Below are positions 25,848 through 34,692 of a stretch of DNA of 59,621 bases, one piece after another. Source of the DNA: a phage; sequence record PZ049713.1. One strand, 5' to 3'. Positions within the stretch are counted from its first letter, which is position 1. Each line of letters starts with the position of its first letter. The position numbers and the translations under genes were made by a program. The notes beneath the pieces were generated by a model that searched no databases, was not told where the DNA came from, and saw nothing but the letters and a program-made list of their open reading frames with translations.

Positions 25848-26470
25848 TCACCGATTCTCGGCCATCGCCTTCAGTGCAGCGCGCTCCATGATCTGGATCG
25901 CCTCCAGGTGGTCGCGTTGCTGCTTGCGCTTGACGCGGTTCATTCGAAACAGCGACTCAAGGGCCGAGTAGTCAAGCCCTGTCGGCCCATTCATACCCAT
26001 GCGCCACTGGGTCTGCATCGAAAGGAAGATGTCGAACACCTGCCAGTTCTCTGGCCAGATTCCGAACCGCTCTTCCGGGAAGTCTTCGGGGCGAAGGCCG
26101 AAGCGGGCCATCTCTTCGGGGTCGGCGTCCTTCCTGAAAAGCCGCTCGACCGCCCCCTCTAGTTTCCCCGGCGGCCGTCCACCAGGGCGGTGATGTACGC
26201 GGAGAAGATGGCTTTCGGGGCCATGACGTAGTTCTTGCACAGCAGCTCGATGCTGGCCGGGCTGAATTCTTCGTCGAGATCCCAGCCCGCCAGGATTTCT
26301 CCAAGCAATGCGGGGTCTTTGATGCTCTTGTTCTTGACCAGGGCGTCGAGGCTGTCCTTGTCGCGGTGCTTGAACTCCATCACCGGCTTGGCAACCTGGC
26401 CATCAGGCAGCGGGATTTCTACCGGCGCCTTGAAGGTAGGGTTCGGGGTCAGGGTGAATTTCACGCTCAT
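25848..26470 (-). CDS. Tail assembly chaperone G-T fusion made by -1 programmed frameshift
   Basis: A -1 shift at G GGA AAC joins the G frame to ...GKLEGAVERLFRKDADPEEMARFG... (ORF 25848-26240). Confidence 0.75.
26159..26470 (-). CDS. Tail assembly chaperone (gpG-like)
   Basis: 103 aa, between the major tail and tape measure genes. Ends one codon after the slippery site. Confidence 0.8.
   Translation of the reverse strand: MSVKFTLTPNPTFKAPVEIPLPDGQVAKPVMEFKHRDKDSLDALVKNKSIKDPALLGEILAGWDLDEEFSPASIELLCKNYVMAPKAIFSAYITALVDGRRGN
26162..26168 (-). promoter_or_regulatory. -1 frameshift slippery heptamer GGGAAAC
   Basis: Zero-frame CGG GGA AAC TAG. X XXY YYZ pattern, analogous to lambda G GGA AAG. 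Confidence 0.75.
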
Positions 26471-26524
26471 GGATAGTCCCTATCTGGAATTGGTAGGCCC
26501 GCCTAGTGACGGGCCTTAGCTGCC

Positions 26525-27172
26525 TTATGCGGCGTAACGCATCGGCTCCGAAGTCAGCGAAACGGTGCTCTGCAGGCCCATCAGCTCGTTCTTGGTGAGC
26601 GTCGGGGTCTTGTTCAGGGTCACATAGCCGTTGTAGTAGATCGCCGAGCCGGACGGCAGCACGACCGACACAGCACGCGGAATGCGGTCGTCGTTGGCGT
26701 CGGACAAGATGCTGTACCAGGGCAGCTCGGCGTCGTCGCCGATGGTCATGGCGAAGCTCGACGCGCTCTTGACGGTCGGGATCTGGTGCTCGACATCCTC
26801 CTCGAGGAACGAGTAGGTGACGAACTGCTGCTCGCCGCCCGAAGTGGTGAATTCCAGAACCTGGGTAATCTGCTGCCAGGTGCTGACCTTGCGCACGGAG
26901 CCGGCGCCACCGCCAGCCGGGTACAGGTTGGTCGAGGCGGTGTTGATGCCTTCCAGCTCGAAGGTGTCGGCGGTCACGTTGGCGACCCGAGCGACGCGGC
27001 TGTTCAGGCGCGACCAGCCGGAGGTGACTTCGACGATATCGCCATTGGCCAGGCCGTGGCCCACTGCAGAGGCGACCGCCGGATTGGCGTTGGATACAGC
27101 AGTAACTGTGATCGGCGCGGCATACGCGGAAGCGATGGATACTACGGCGCCGTTGGGTAGGCTCACACTCAT
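26525..27172 (-). CDS. Major tail (tube) protein
   Basis: 215 aa, upstream of the chaperone pair. Strong RBS context and a stem-loop after the stop. Confidence 0.8.
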   Translation of the reverse strand: MSVSLPNGAVVSIASAYAAPITVTAVSNANPAVASAVGHGLANGDIVEVTSGWSRLNSRVARVANVTADTFELEGINTASTNLYPAGGGAGSVRKVSTWQQITQVLEFTTSGGEQQFVTYSFLEEDVEHQIPTVKSASSFAMTIGDDAELPWYSILSDANDDRIPRAVSVVLPSGSAIYYNGYVTLNKTPTLTKNELMGLQSTVSLTSEPMRYAA

Positions 27173-27234
27173 GGGTTTTTCCTCTGGGTATAAAAAAACC
27201 GCCTTTCGGCGGCTCTGGATTGCCCAACGGGCGG

Positions 27235-27648
27235 TTAAATCGTGTCGGCTCGGTAGGTGAAGCTAACCGGGAGCATGAAATGGGTGTCTTCATTGATCGG
27301 CGGGCCTTCACTGCAGGGGCTCGTGATCTGCAGGGCGAAGCTGCCGGACGTGAGGCGATCGTTCAGCGGGAACAGCTCGGCGATGTCAGCGGCCAGCGTT
27401 TCCGCCTCTGTCGGCCCCTTGCCTTTCGGCACGAACACGCTGATCTGGCACACGCCGCTGTACTCGCGGTGCGCTCCGGCCAGGTCGGCGCTGTCGGTCG
27501 GCGCTTTGAGCAGGTTGAAGCGAAGGTATTGCCCTGCAGGAGGCACGAACTGAACGTTTTCCCAGGCAACCGGCAACGTGCGCGCCGTAGCAAAGGTGTT
27601 CAGCCTGCCTTGGAGCAGCGAGCGAATCAGCTTTTGAGACATGGTCAC
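27235..27648 (-). CDS. Tail terminator-like protein (DUF4128-like)
   Basis: 137 aa, positioned between the neck proteins and the major tail protein. Confidence 0.65.
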   Translation of the reverse strand: MTMSQKLIRSLLQGRLNTFATARTLPVAWENVQFVPPAGQYLRFNLLKAPTDSADLAGAHREYSGVCQISVFVPKGKGPTEAETLAADIAELFPLNDRLTSGSFALQITSPCSEGPPINEDTHFMLPVSFTYRADTI

Positions 27649-28040
27649 ACCTTGTTCTTGGCAACGGCCACGGCGACCATCTTCTGCACTCTGGCGAAGT
27701 TGATCCGGACCATCCCGGCGGGGGCTTGGGTGCTGCTGCCGTATTCAAGCGAGTAGATGTACGGCAGGTTGTTGGTCAGGAACACCTCCTGTCCCGCGCC
27801 CTCGGGCGTTTTAGCCTGCACCTCTGTCAGCGCCTGCGCGCCACTCTTGTCGTCTCGGTCGATCTCGTTTGGCGTTGGCTGGCCGACCGACGTCTGCCAG
27901 TTACCGCGGGCTCGGCCGGTATCGACAGGAGTCGAGCGGATCACGCTAGAGAACAACTCAAGGGCTGCAGTACGGGCGATTTTGTCGTGTGCCTCCGCAG
28001 CTTTAGCGGTAAACCTGCGGATGTCTTCGGAGAACGACAT
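27645..28040 (-). CDS. HK97 gp10-family tail completion/neck protein
   Basis: ...VIRSTPVDTGRARGNWQTSVG... is the characteristic HK97-gp10 motif. Confidence 0.75.
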   Translation of the reverse strand: MSFSEDIRRFTAKAAEAHDKIARTAALELFSSVIRSTPVDTGRARGNWQTSVGQPTPNEIDRDDKSGAQALTEVQAKTPEGAGQEVFLTNNLPYIYSLEYGSSTQAPAGMVRINFARVQKMVAVAVAKNKV

Positions 28041-28426
28041 CAGCGCCTCCCCTGGACCTCATAGGCCAGCACTTCACCGGTTGGATTGAGCGTGGAGACG
28101 GCAACGACTGTCCACACCTGGCCGGCTGCGGTGATCGTCGTCTCCAGCGTTGGCGGCCATTCAAGGCCAGCAGCGCCGAAGAAGATCTTCTTGTCGTCGC
28201 GCAGGATCATCGAGCCATCCGCGTACTGCGTGCCGGATGACTGCAGGGTGTAGTTGTCGAGGATTGCTTTCGCGGTCTGGGTTAGCGTCTGCCCCGGCGT
28301 GACGGAACCAGTCACAGGGTCGTAGCCACCAGCCTGCTCGAGCGTCAGCGTGATCGTTTCGCCGATCTCCTCGACGACAGCCAGCGCCTCGGCAGCACCT
28401 TCTAGAATCTCGTCGCGCAGCGCCAT
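28040..28426 (-). CDS. Head-tail adaptor / head closure protein
   Basis: 128 aa. Synteny between the connector and the gp10-like gene. Confidence 0.6.
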   Translation of the reverse strand: MALRDEILEGAAEALAVVEEIGETITLTLEQAGGYDPVTGSVTPGQTLTQTAKAILDNYTLQSSGTQYADGSMILRDDKKIFFGAAGLEWPPTLETTITAAGQVWTVVAVSTLNPTGEVLAYEVQGRR

Positions 28427-28427
28427 G

Positions 28428-28802
28428 TCAGACCCTCTTTAGGAGCGTGGTTGCCGACCGCCGCGTCCATGGCACCAGTAGCGCCAGGGCAAACGACTCG
28501 GCCGCGCTTACCGCCTTTGCACCCTTTGCATAGGTCTTCGAGCTGGTGACCGGCCCAGCGGTAACGCTCGTGCTGACAACCTCTCGATCTTCCGTGGCAA
28601 ACAGCCTTCCGGCTGCCGCCTCTTTTGCTACCTGCGCCCCTGCCAGCTTGATCTCGCCAGGTGCCGGGTCAGGCACAGGCCGCGTTATCTTGGCCGTCAA
28701 CCAGGCGTTGGCCATGGTCACGGCAAGGACCGCATCACCAGTGCCAGCCCAGTCAGGACCAAGCAGGGCATCCACATCGGCAGCGGTGATGAAGTCAGTC
28801 AT
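28428..28802 (-). CDS. Head-tail connector (gp6/DnaT-like) protein
   Basis: 124 aa. MTDFITAADVDALLG... N-terminus is typical of gp6-like connectors. Confidence 0.6.
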   Translation of the reverse strand: MTDFITAADVDALLGPDWAGTGDAVLAVTMANAWLTAKITRPVPDPAPGEIKLAGAQVAKEAAAGRLFATEDREVVSTSVTAGPVTSSKTYAKGAKAVSAAESFALALLVPWTRRSATTLLKRV

Positions 28803-28805
28803 GAA

Positions 28806-28937
28806 TCAGTCCTCGGCTTTTGCGGCTTTCGGCTTCGGAGCCGGCTTCTTCTGCTCGACCAGCTCAGGCTTTGCCTTCTCGGCTTTTGCGGCTTTCGCGT
28901 CTTTCCGTCGCCGCGCGTTGTGTGCTGCAAGTCCCAT
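28806..28937 (-). CDS. Small Lys/Ala-rich protein (43 aa)
   Basis: aggagg RBS upstream of the ATG at 28937. MGLAAHNARRRKDAKAAKAEKAKPELVEQKKPAPKPKAAKAED. Confidence 0.5.
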   Translation of the reverse strand: MGLAAHNARRRKDAKAAKAEKAKPELVEQKKPAPKPKAAKAED

Positions 28938-28979
28938 CACATCCTCCTAATGGGGCGACCCGAAGGCCGCCCCGTCCGG

Positions 28980-29954
28980 TTAGGCCTTGGAAACCAGGCT
29001 GGCGATGCGGATCTGCTTGCGGTCGTAGACGCGGTTCCAGTTCGCAGCGGCAGCCAGCTCGGTGTTGGACGGCGCAGCGCCTGCAACCGAAGCGCCCAGC
29101 CAGCGGATGCCGCGCGGATGCATCAGGAAGTGGCGGCGAGTGATCAGGTACTCGATACCAGCCAGCGAGTCGCGGTCGGTTTCGGTGGGGACCTTTGGAG
29201 CGCCCTCGCCGTAACCGATGGCGCCATCACCGAACAGGTAGCTGGTGAACACGCGATCAGCGCCGGAGCCGCTTACCGGCATACCGTCATCGACCAGCAC
29301 GCGCTTGCCCATGTAGACGGCAATGGTCGGCTTGCCTTCGGAGTCAGGCAGGAAGTCGATCAGGTTCTGTTTGCGCATGGCGTTGTAGATGACGCTGTGC
29401 ACAGCCACGCCAGCAACCTGGCCGATGGCATCGCCAAAGGTCGCCTCGGCATCCAGATAAGCCTCTGCGCTGAACTTGGCGCCGTCGCCGACGACTGCAG
29501 ACACGTCGTGCACCATGTCGCTTGCATCGTTGGCCACGTTGTCAGCGAACACGCCACGCAGCGAGGAGATCAGGGTCTTCTGCTGCTGGCGAGCCCAGTA
29601 GCCGGCGACCAGATCAGCTACGCCGCGCATCGGGTCGTCACCAGCCAGAGCAGCAGCCAGGTCGTTGACGGCCCATGCCTTACCACGCAGATGCAGGACA
29701 GCAACGTCCTGGCCGGCAGTGATAGCCTCAGGGGTAAGCGGCGCGGAATCGTCCAGCACCTCATCAGCGCCGGTCAGGTCGTTCCAGAACGGCATGTTGA
29801 GGGTGTTGCCGCCAGTCGATGCCAGGCGGTCAAGCTCCGCATCGTTGGACACGATGCCGCCCATGCGGAGCAGGGTCAGTTCTCGGGTCAGGTTCCAGAC
29901 ATAGGGGTTGAATACCTCGGGAACGATTACGTCCGAGATTTTGGTGTCAGCCAT
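28980..29954 (-). CDS. Major capsid protein
   Basis: 324 aa, directly downstream of the scaffold gene. A 9-bp stem with TTCG loop follows the stop. Confidence 0.85.
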   Translation of the reverse strand: MADTKISDVIVPEVFNPYVWNLTRELTLLRMGGIVSNDAELDRLASTGGNTLNMPFWNDLTGADEVLDDSAPLTPEAITAGQDVAVLHLRGKAWAVNDLAAALAGDDPMRGVADLVAGYWARQQQKTLISSLRGVFADNVANDASDMVHDVSAVVGDGAKFSAEAYLDAEATFGDAIGQVAGVAVHSVIYNAMRKQNLIDFLPDSEGKPTIAVYMGKRVLVDDGMPVSGSGADRVFTSYLFGDGAIGYGEGAPKVPTETDRDSLAGIEYLITRRHFLMHPRGIRWLGASVAGAAPSNTELAAAANWNRVYDRKQIRIASLVSKA

Positions 29955-30052
29955 GGGAAATTCTCCAGTATTGGCGGGGTTTGTTTGGTTTCAGGGTCGG
30001 CGCAGCCGATAGGGTTGCGGTCGGCAGCGCAGCCGCCAGCACCGGGGATTTA

Positions 30053-30826
30053 CTAGGCCGCTGCCTCGGACTTGAGGCGCGCGGCCAGTTGCGGGTTCTC
30101 ACGCTGAATGCGGGCCTGTTCGGTCAGATTCAGCGAGTCTTTCTTGAATGGGTTGCTTGCGATTTGGGCGCCTTGCTTGCCGCCCTGCGAGCCAACACCT
30201 TTGGCGGTAGGCAGGAGATAGCCGTGTTCTTGGCGAACGATGCGGTCGATCCACTCTTTTTGCGTGATCGGGCCTTTTTCGCCGGTCACGATTTGGCCGT
30301 CTGCGTCGCGCATGATCGGCTGCCCGTCTTCGACCTTGAACGCCTGGCGCGCGAGCATCGTGATGATCTTCAGTTTGCCTTCGCCCTCGATGCCGAACTC
30401 ACTGGCGGCTTGAATGGCGGCGTTGTCGATCATGATCTCGGCCAGCTTGGCGTCACGCTCAGACAGCGCTGCTTCCAGCTCAGCAACGCGCTTTGAGCTG
30501 CTTTCGAGAGCCGCTTTATGCTGCGCGCTCACCTTCTCAATCTTGCGGTCGATGACCTCTTGGGTTTTGCCCTCGGCGATCAGCTTGGCCTCCTCGTCAT
30601 TTTCGAAGCGGCTCATGATGGCCCGCACCTGGGCGGGGTCGATACCGTCGAACTCTTTGAGCTTGTCGGCCTGCTGCTGGCGAGCTTTGCGCTCTTCCTT
30701 CAGTTCGTCGAGGATCTGCTGCTTGTTGGTTTCAAGGCCGGCACGGTCTTGCTTGATCGCGTTGAGCAGCTGGCTGCGCTGGGCTTCATCGGTCACCGAT
30801 TGAGCCAACAGTTCTTCCAAGGTCAT
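30053..30826 (-). CDS. Scaffolding protein
   Basis: 257 aa, highly charged coiled coil, upstream of the capsid gene. Confidence 0.8.
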   Translation of the reverse strand: MTLEELLAQSVTDEAQRSQLLNAIKQDRAGLETNKQQILDELKEERKARQQQADKLKEFDGIDPAQVRAIMSRFENDEEAKLIAEGKTQEVIDRKIEKVSAQHKAALESSSKRVAELEAALSERDAKLAEIMIDNAAIQAASEFGIEGEGKLKIITMLARQAFKVEDGQPIMRDADGQIVTGEKGPITQKEWIDRIVRQEHGYLLPTAKGVGSQGGKQGAQIASNPFKKDSLNLTEQARIQRENPQLAARLKSEAAA

Positions 30827-30868
30827 GCGTGTCTCCTACCCCGCAGGGGATTGATGCGGCGCGGCCGC

Positions 30869-30898
30869 AAACGAAAAAGCCCCGCACGATGGCGAGGC
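30869..30898 (-). terminator. Intrinsic terminator (GCCTCGC..GCGGGGC family) inside the head operon
   Basis: Minus strand gcctcgc-catcgt-gcggggc followed by tttttcgttt. Same stem as the 38514-38543 element. Confidence 0.65.
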
Positions 30899-30951
30899 TC
30901 TAGAAATGGAAAACCCGGCGCGGGCCGGGTCTGGTGTCCTGTTCTGGCGGT

Positions 30952-31203
30952 TTAGGCCAAAACCACGTGCTGCCCCTTCATCAGGCAGAAGGCGCACAGA
31001 AGCTGCTTTGTGCCGCCCTGTGGCTTGCCATTCTTTACGATCATGCCGGTCTTTACCTCGACGACGCTCGAGCTGCCGCACCTATGGCAGTTGAGCAGGT
31101 ATGCAGTATCGGGCCTCGCCTTCTTTAGCTTTTCAGCCTTGATGCGCGGCGTTTCGTCTGTAGCGGTGCCGTCGATGACGGTGAGGCGTGGTTTGTTGGT
31201 CAT
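30952..31203 (-). CDS. Small Zn-ribbon protein (83 aa)
   Basis: CHRC...CAFC pairs. Its start abuts the GIY-YIG gene stop. Confidence 0.6.
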   Translation of the reverse strand: MTNKPRLTVIDGTATDETPRIKAEKLKKARPDTAYLLNCHRCGSSSVVEVKTGMIVKNGKPQGGTKQLLCAFCLMKGQHVVLA

Positions 31204-32184
31204 TCAGCCATCATAGGCCGGCATGGCTATCGGCGCCAAGATGGGCAGGTGCCTCCACGACTTCCCGATGACGATGCCGCGAATGACGGACCTATGCTTC
31301 CCGTAGTCGCGCGCAATCTGAACCAAGGGCTCACCCCTCTGCGCTCTCCGCCTGATGTCCATGATCTCAGCTTCTGTGAAGGCCGCGTTGTAGACCTTTT
31401 CGCCACGGTGGTTTATTGGCGGGGTATCGCCTAGCGGGAGGTGCCTCCATGTTTCGCCGCTAATAATCTTGCTTACAGCACTCCTGCTCACCCCGTACAT
31501 CTCGGCAATCTTTGCAGCGCTATTGCCGGCCGCCCGCAGACGCCTTATCTCCAGAACCTTTTGATCATTCAGCTTGGCCGATGAGATGTGCTCGCCCTGC
31601 GCGGTCCCCTCTGTCCGCCTTTGCTCCCAGTTGGCACGGCCAGCTATGGAGCTTATAGCTGACCTCTTGGCGTCGGATATCGCCATGCGCCCTCGGCGCG
31701 CCCTTTCGCTGCGCACCGCCGGGCCTACCATCATGCGGGCTTCGTGCTGCGCGTCAGTCCATGGAACATCTTTCTTCACAGCAGACATGCGAGCGCGGTA
31801 CTCATCGCAGCTCCACAGCCTCTGCACTGCCGACCTTATTCGGTCTCTGAGCTCTGGCGGAGCATCCAGCATCCCTTCGCCGCCCGCTGTGTGATTGACC
31901 AGATTGGCGCCGCCGGCCTTGAGCTTTGCTATCCAGTAGCGCTCAGATTCGTTCCATGTGGCGTCTCGCTGCAAGACTCTCACGCAGGCCTCATCGCCCC
32001 GCGCTATAACTGACCGGACCCAGTAGTCGCGGTGGGTTGGCCTGCTGGTTGACCCTGAGCGGGTTACGTGCTGGCGCAGCCGTCGCTCCACGGAGACCAC
32101 GGTCTGCCCGACATAGCGCATCAGTCCGTCAGATTTTGCATATAGCGCGTATACCGTGCACGTGCGAGAATTGGCGTCAGCCAT
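31204..32184 (-). CDS. GIY-YIG homing endonuclease-like protein with two HTH repeats
   Basis: N-terminal VYALYAKSDGLMRYVGQT..RRLRQH (GIY-YIG). Duplicated C-terminal modules end in ...SGETWRHLP and ...IGKSWRHLP. Confidence 0.75.
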   Translation of the reverse strand: MADANSRTCTVYALYAKSDGLMRYVGQTVVSVERRLRQHVTRSGSTSRPTHRDYWVRSVIARGDEACVRVLQRDATWNESERYWIAKLKAGGANLVNHTAGGEGMLDAPPELRDRIRSAVQRLWSCDEYRARMSAVKKDVPWTDAQHEARMMVGPAVRSERARRGRMAISDAKRSAISSIAGRANWEQRRTEGTAQGEHISSAKLNDQKVLEIRRLRAAGNSAAKIAEMYGVSRSAVSKIISGETWRHLPLGDTPPINHRGEKVYNAAFTEAEIMDIRRRAQRGEPLVQIARDYGKHRSVIRGIVIGKSWRHLPILAPIAMPAYDG

Positions 32185-32263
32185 GGCCGTGACTCCTTAA
32201 CAGTCAGGTTGTGGTTAGAGCCCGCACGGTGTTGGTAGCACCTGCGGGCTCGCTTATTCTAGC

Positions 32264-33349
32264 TTAAAGCCCAGCCTTCTTGAACGCTTCGGCGTCCTTC
32301 CTGCGCAATTCCTCAATCGTATATTCCCTACCCTTTGAGTCCACGAACCTGTCAAGGGTTAGGCCGCCATCACGGAACAGCTTTCCCTTAGTCGGGCCTA
32401 GGATGTCATCCTGAAACGCAGCCGGCTTCGACTTTAGCCAAGACTGGTAAGTCGTTGATCCAGCGACCTGGCCATCCATAGACGCCCTGTCAGCTTCGGC
32501 TATCTCGGTCTCGCTCAACCCGAGCGCCTCCCAGGCTGACTTCAAAACCGGCGCAGTCGACGAGCGGCAGCCCCAATGAGCAGGAGGTCGCGGACCCTTG
32601 TCTATCGGGAACACCTGACCGTCTCTGGCCTGACAGACGCTGGATGTCCTGCCGTCGAGTGTGCTGACCCATTGAACCTCTTTCACGATGTCGGCATTTG
32701 CCTCGAACACCGCCTGCCTGGCGTAGTTAGCCGTGTGGTTGACCGCGGTGCGCACCAATGCCTCGGCGCCTCGCCGGTCGATCTCCATCAGCCCATCGGC
32801 ATACCCTAGCGCGCGAGTGCCGCGCAGCCGGCGAACCATCTGGCTAATCGTCTCGCCTTCCACGAACCCCATGCGGATTGCATCGCGGATGCGTATCGCC
32901 TTCGCGGTCTCGATGTCCTTCAGCGCCTCCTTCAGCAGCTTGCCCTGGAATGGCCTAGCCATCGCCGCGGCATAGACCTGATTGGCCGAAACCGTGTTCA
33001 GGACCAGGGCGTCAGCCACTTGTGCAGGCAGAACGCTCTGTAGGACTCGATGCTGATAGCTCGCCTCATATCCAGCAAGCTCCAGCAGCGCCCCATCCAG
33101 CTCCTCTCCAGCGGCGCGGTAAGCCTCAGCGTTAAGGCCCCGCACCTGCACTAGCATCTGATCGAGACGCTGAACCGTGAACGACTCTGGTGGCAGACGC
33201 TCAAGCGCTTCGGTCAGCCTGGCGAACAGATCATCATCCACCCGGTTGAGCAGCTGCATGAAGCGCCGCACGACGCCGCCGCCGTAACGCTGCAGGTAAA
33301 TCTGATGAGAGATGGCAAGGTCAGCCAGCTTTTCGTTGGCAGTGGGCAT
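32264..33349 (-). CDS. Head morphogenesis protein (SPP1 gp7 / Mu F family)
   Basis: ...TSSVCQARDGQVFPIDKGPRPPAHWGCRS... is the Mu F signature. Downstream of the portal gene. Confidence 0.85.
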   Translation of the reverse strand: MPTANEKLADLAISHQIYLQRYGGGVVRRFMQLLNRVDDDLFARLTEALERLPPESFTVQRLDQMLVQVRGLNAEAYRAAGEELDGALLELAGYEASYQHRVLQSVLPAQVADALVLNTVSANQVYAAAMARPFQGKLLKEALKDIETAKAIRIRDAIRMGFVEGETISQMVRRLRGTRALGYADGLMEIDRRGAEALVRTAVNHTANYARQAVFEANADIVKEVQWVSTLDGRTSSVCQARDGQVFPIDKGPRPPAHWGCRSSTAPVLKSAWEALGLSETEIAEADRASMDGQVAGSTTYQSWLKSKPAAFQDDILGPTKGKLFRDGGLTLDRFVDSKGREYTIEELRRKDAEAFKKAGL

Positions 33350-34692
33350 TACATACCTCCAAGGCCCGGCCCCTGCTCCTGAATCAGCTCAAGCTCAGCC
33401 AGCCAGTCGCGCTCAGGCAGCTTCCCGGTCGAGATGTAGCGCCAGAACGAGTCATGGCTAACGATGCCGGCCTGCGCCGCGGTGAGCAGCTGAGCCGCAA
33501 TCTGAGGATCAACGCCGGCGGAGGAAAAGTCAGGCTTAACAGCGAATCGCAGGTCACCGCTGGTAGCGACGATCTCAGCCGCATAGCGCAGGCACTGCTC
33601 GATAGCCTCTGCAACGGTGATAACAATCGTGTAGAGCGTGCTGTGCTGATCGCTTTGACGCGCCAGTCGCGCCTCGCCGGACTCGGTGCCACCGAGATCC
33701 ACGACGCGCGCCCCAGCCTCAAGCGCTGCATTGCGCTGCTGCTCCATCAGGCGCTCATTGATCGCGCTGCCAGCCCCGCTCGGCTCCAGATAGAACGCAT
33801 TTCCGCCAGTAGGCAGGCACCACGCAGCGGACGGCCCAGTGACGCGCAGGTCTTGATCATCATCCAGTCCAACCACAACAGGCTGCGCATGACAGGTAGC
33901 GTGCGCATTGCTGAACAGGTCGGCGCTGAGCTGGTAGCTCTTGAGCGCGGCCTTGGCCATGGTCAGCAGCGGGATCTCGTCAACGTCAGCGGCATTGTCG
34001 GTCGAACCGGCAATCACCATCGGGATGTAGCGGATAGCGCCGGCTACGCCACGAGCTGACTGCGGCTCCTCAATGGCAGCCCCCTTGTCGTCGAAAAGCT
34101 GCGAGGCATACGCCCCATCTTCCAGGCTCAGCACGCGGTAAACCGTGTCGACTTCATGGGCGAACCGATCATCACCCTTGCGGCGATCTTCCTGCAGGAC
34201 GACCAATGCCAAGTCCTGCCGGCCGCGCTGGTCGCTGAGCCCCCAATTGATGAGACTGAGCGCTGGATATAGCGTGATGTACGGGGCGCCGTCTGAGTCG
34301 ACGTCCACGAGCAGGCCAGCCCGTCCGAACAGAATCACATCGCGACAGGCGCGCATGAAGAGCTGACGCAGGCCGAAACCATCAGCGGTCGCGTCATCTT
34401 CCATCCGAGCGATACCAGCCGGCAGCGTGATCTCAGGCTGCAGGCGGGACACCATGCCGATCATGCTACGCAGCGCGTCCTTTACCCAATGCGGGTATTG
34501 GGCACGGAGCGTGTAGGCTTCGTACAGGTATGAGTTGGTCGGGTCGTCCTTCTCAGCTTCGACCATGCCGGCCGGCTTCGGCAGATTCGCCGGGTTCGCC
34601 TTTACGGCAGACTCGCCTTTTACCGCTTCGGCCATTATCAGCCAGTCGGCCAGGTGTGCCGTGTAGTCTGGATGACGGCTTGATACGGGCAT
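33349..34692 (-). CDS. Portal protein
   Basis: 447 aa from the ATG at 34692 (TAATG overlap with the terminase stop). Synteny TerL-portal-MuF. Confidence 0.85.
   Translation of the reverse strand: MPVSSRHPDYTAHLADWLIMAEAVKGESAVKANPANLPKPAGMVEAEKDDPTNSYLYEAYTLRAQYPHWVKDALRSMIGMVSRLQPEITLPAGIARMEDDATADGFGLRQLFMRACRDVILFGRAGLLVDVDSDGAPYITLYPALSLINWGLSDQRGRQDLALVVLQEDRRKGDDRFAHEVDTVYRVLSLEDGAYASQLFDDKGAAIEEPQSARGVAGAIRYIPMVIAGSTDNAADVDEIPLLTMAKAALKSYQLSADLFSNAHATCHAQPVVVGLDDDQDLRVTGPSAAWCLPTGGNAFYLEPSGAGSAINERLMEQQRNAALEAGARVVDLGGTESGEARLARQSDQHSTLYTIVITVAEAIEQCLRYAAEIVATSGDLRFAVKPDFSSAGVDPQIAAQLLTAAQAGIVSHDSFWRYISTGKLPERDWLAELELIQEQGPGLGGM

Noticed and set aside
26403-27311. 302-aa minus-strand ORF overlapping the major tail protein gene
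   Set aside because: Arg/Pro/Gly-rich alternative-frame ORF typical of high-GC DNA. The 215-aa frame (26525-27172) has the sensible composition, RBS and synteny.
28920-30056. 378-aa plus-strand ORF antisense to the major capsid gene; similar antisense or alternative-frame ORFs at 19990-20856, 30414-30955, 35830-36705, 55197-56234, 57233-57865, 57871-58449, 57984-58634 and 43787-44578
   Set aside because: Shadow ORFs on the opposite strand or an alternative frame of well-supported genes. They have low-complexity Arg/Ala/Gly/Pro composition, no RBS and break the operon orientation.
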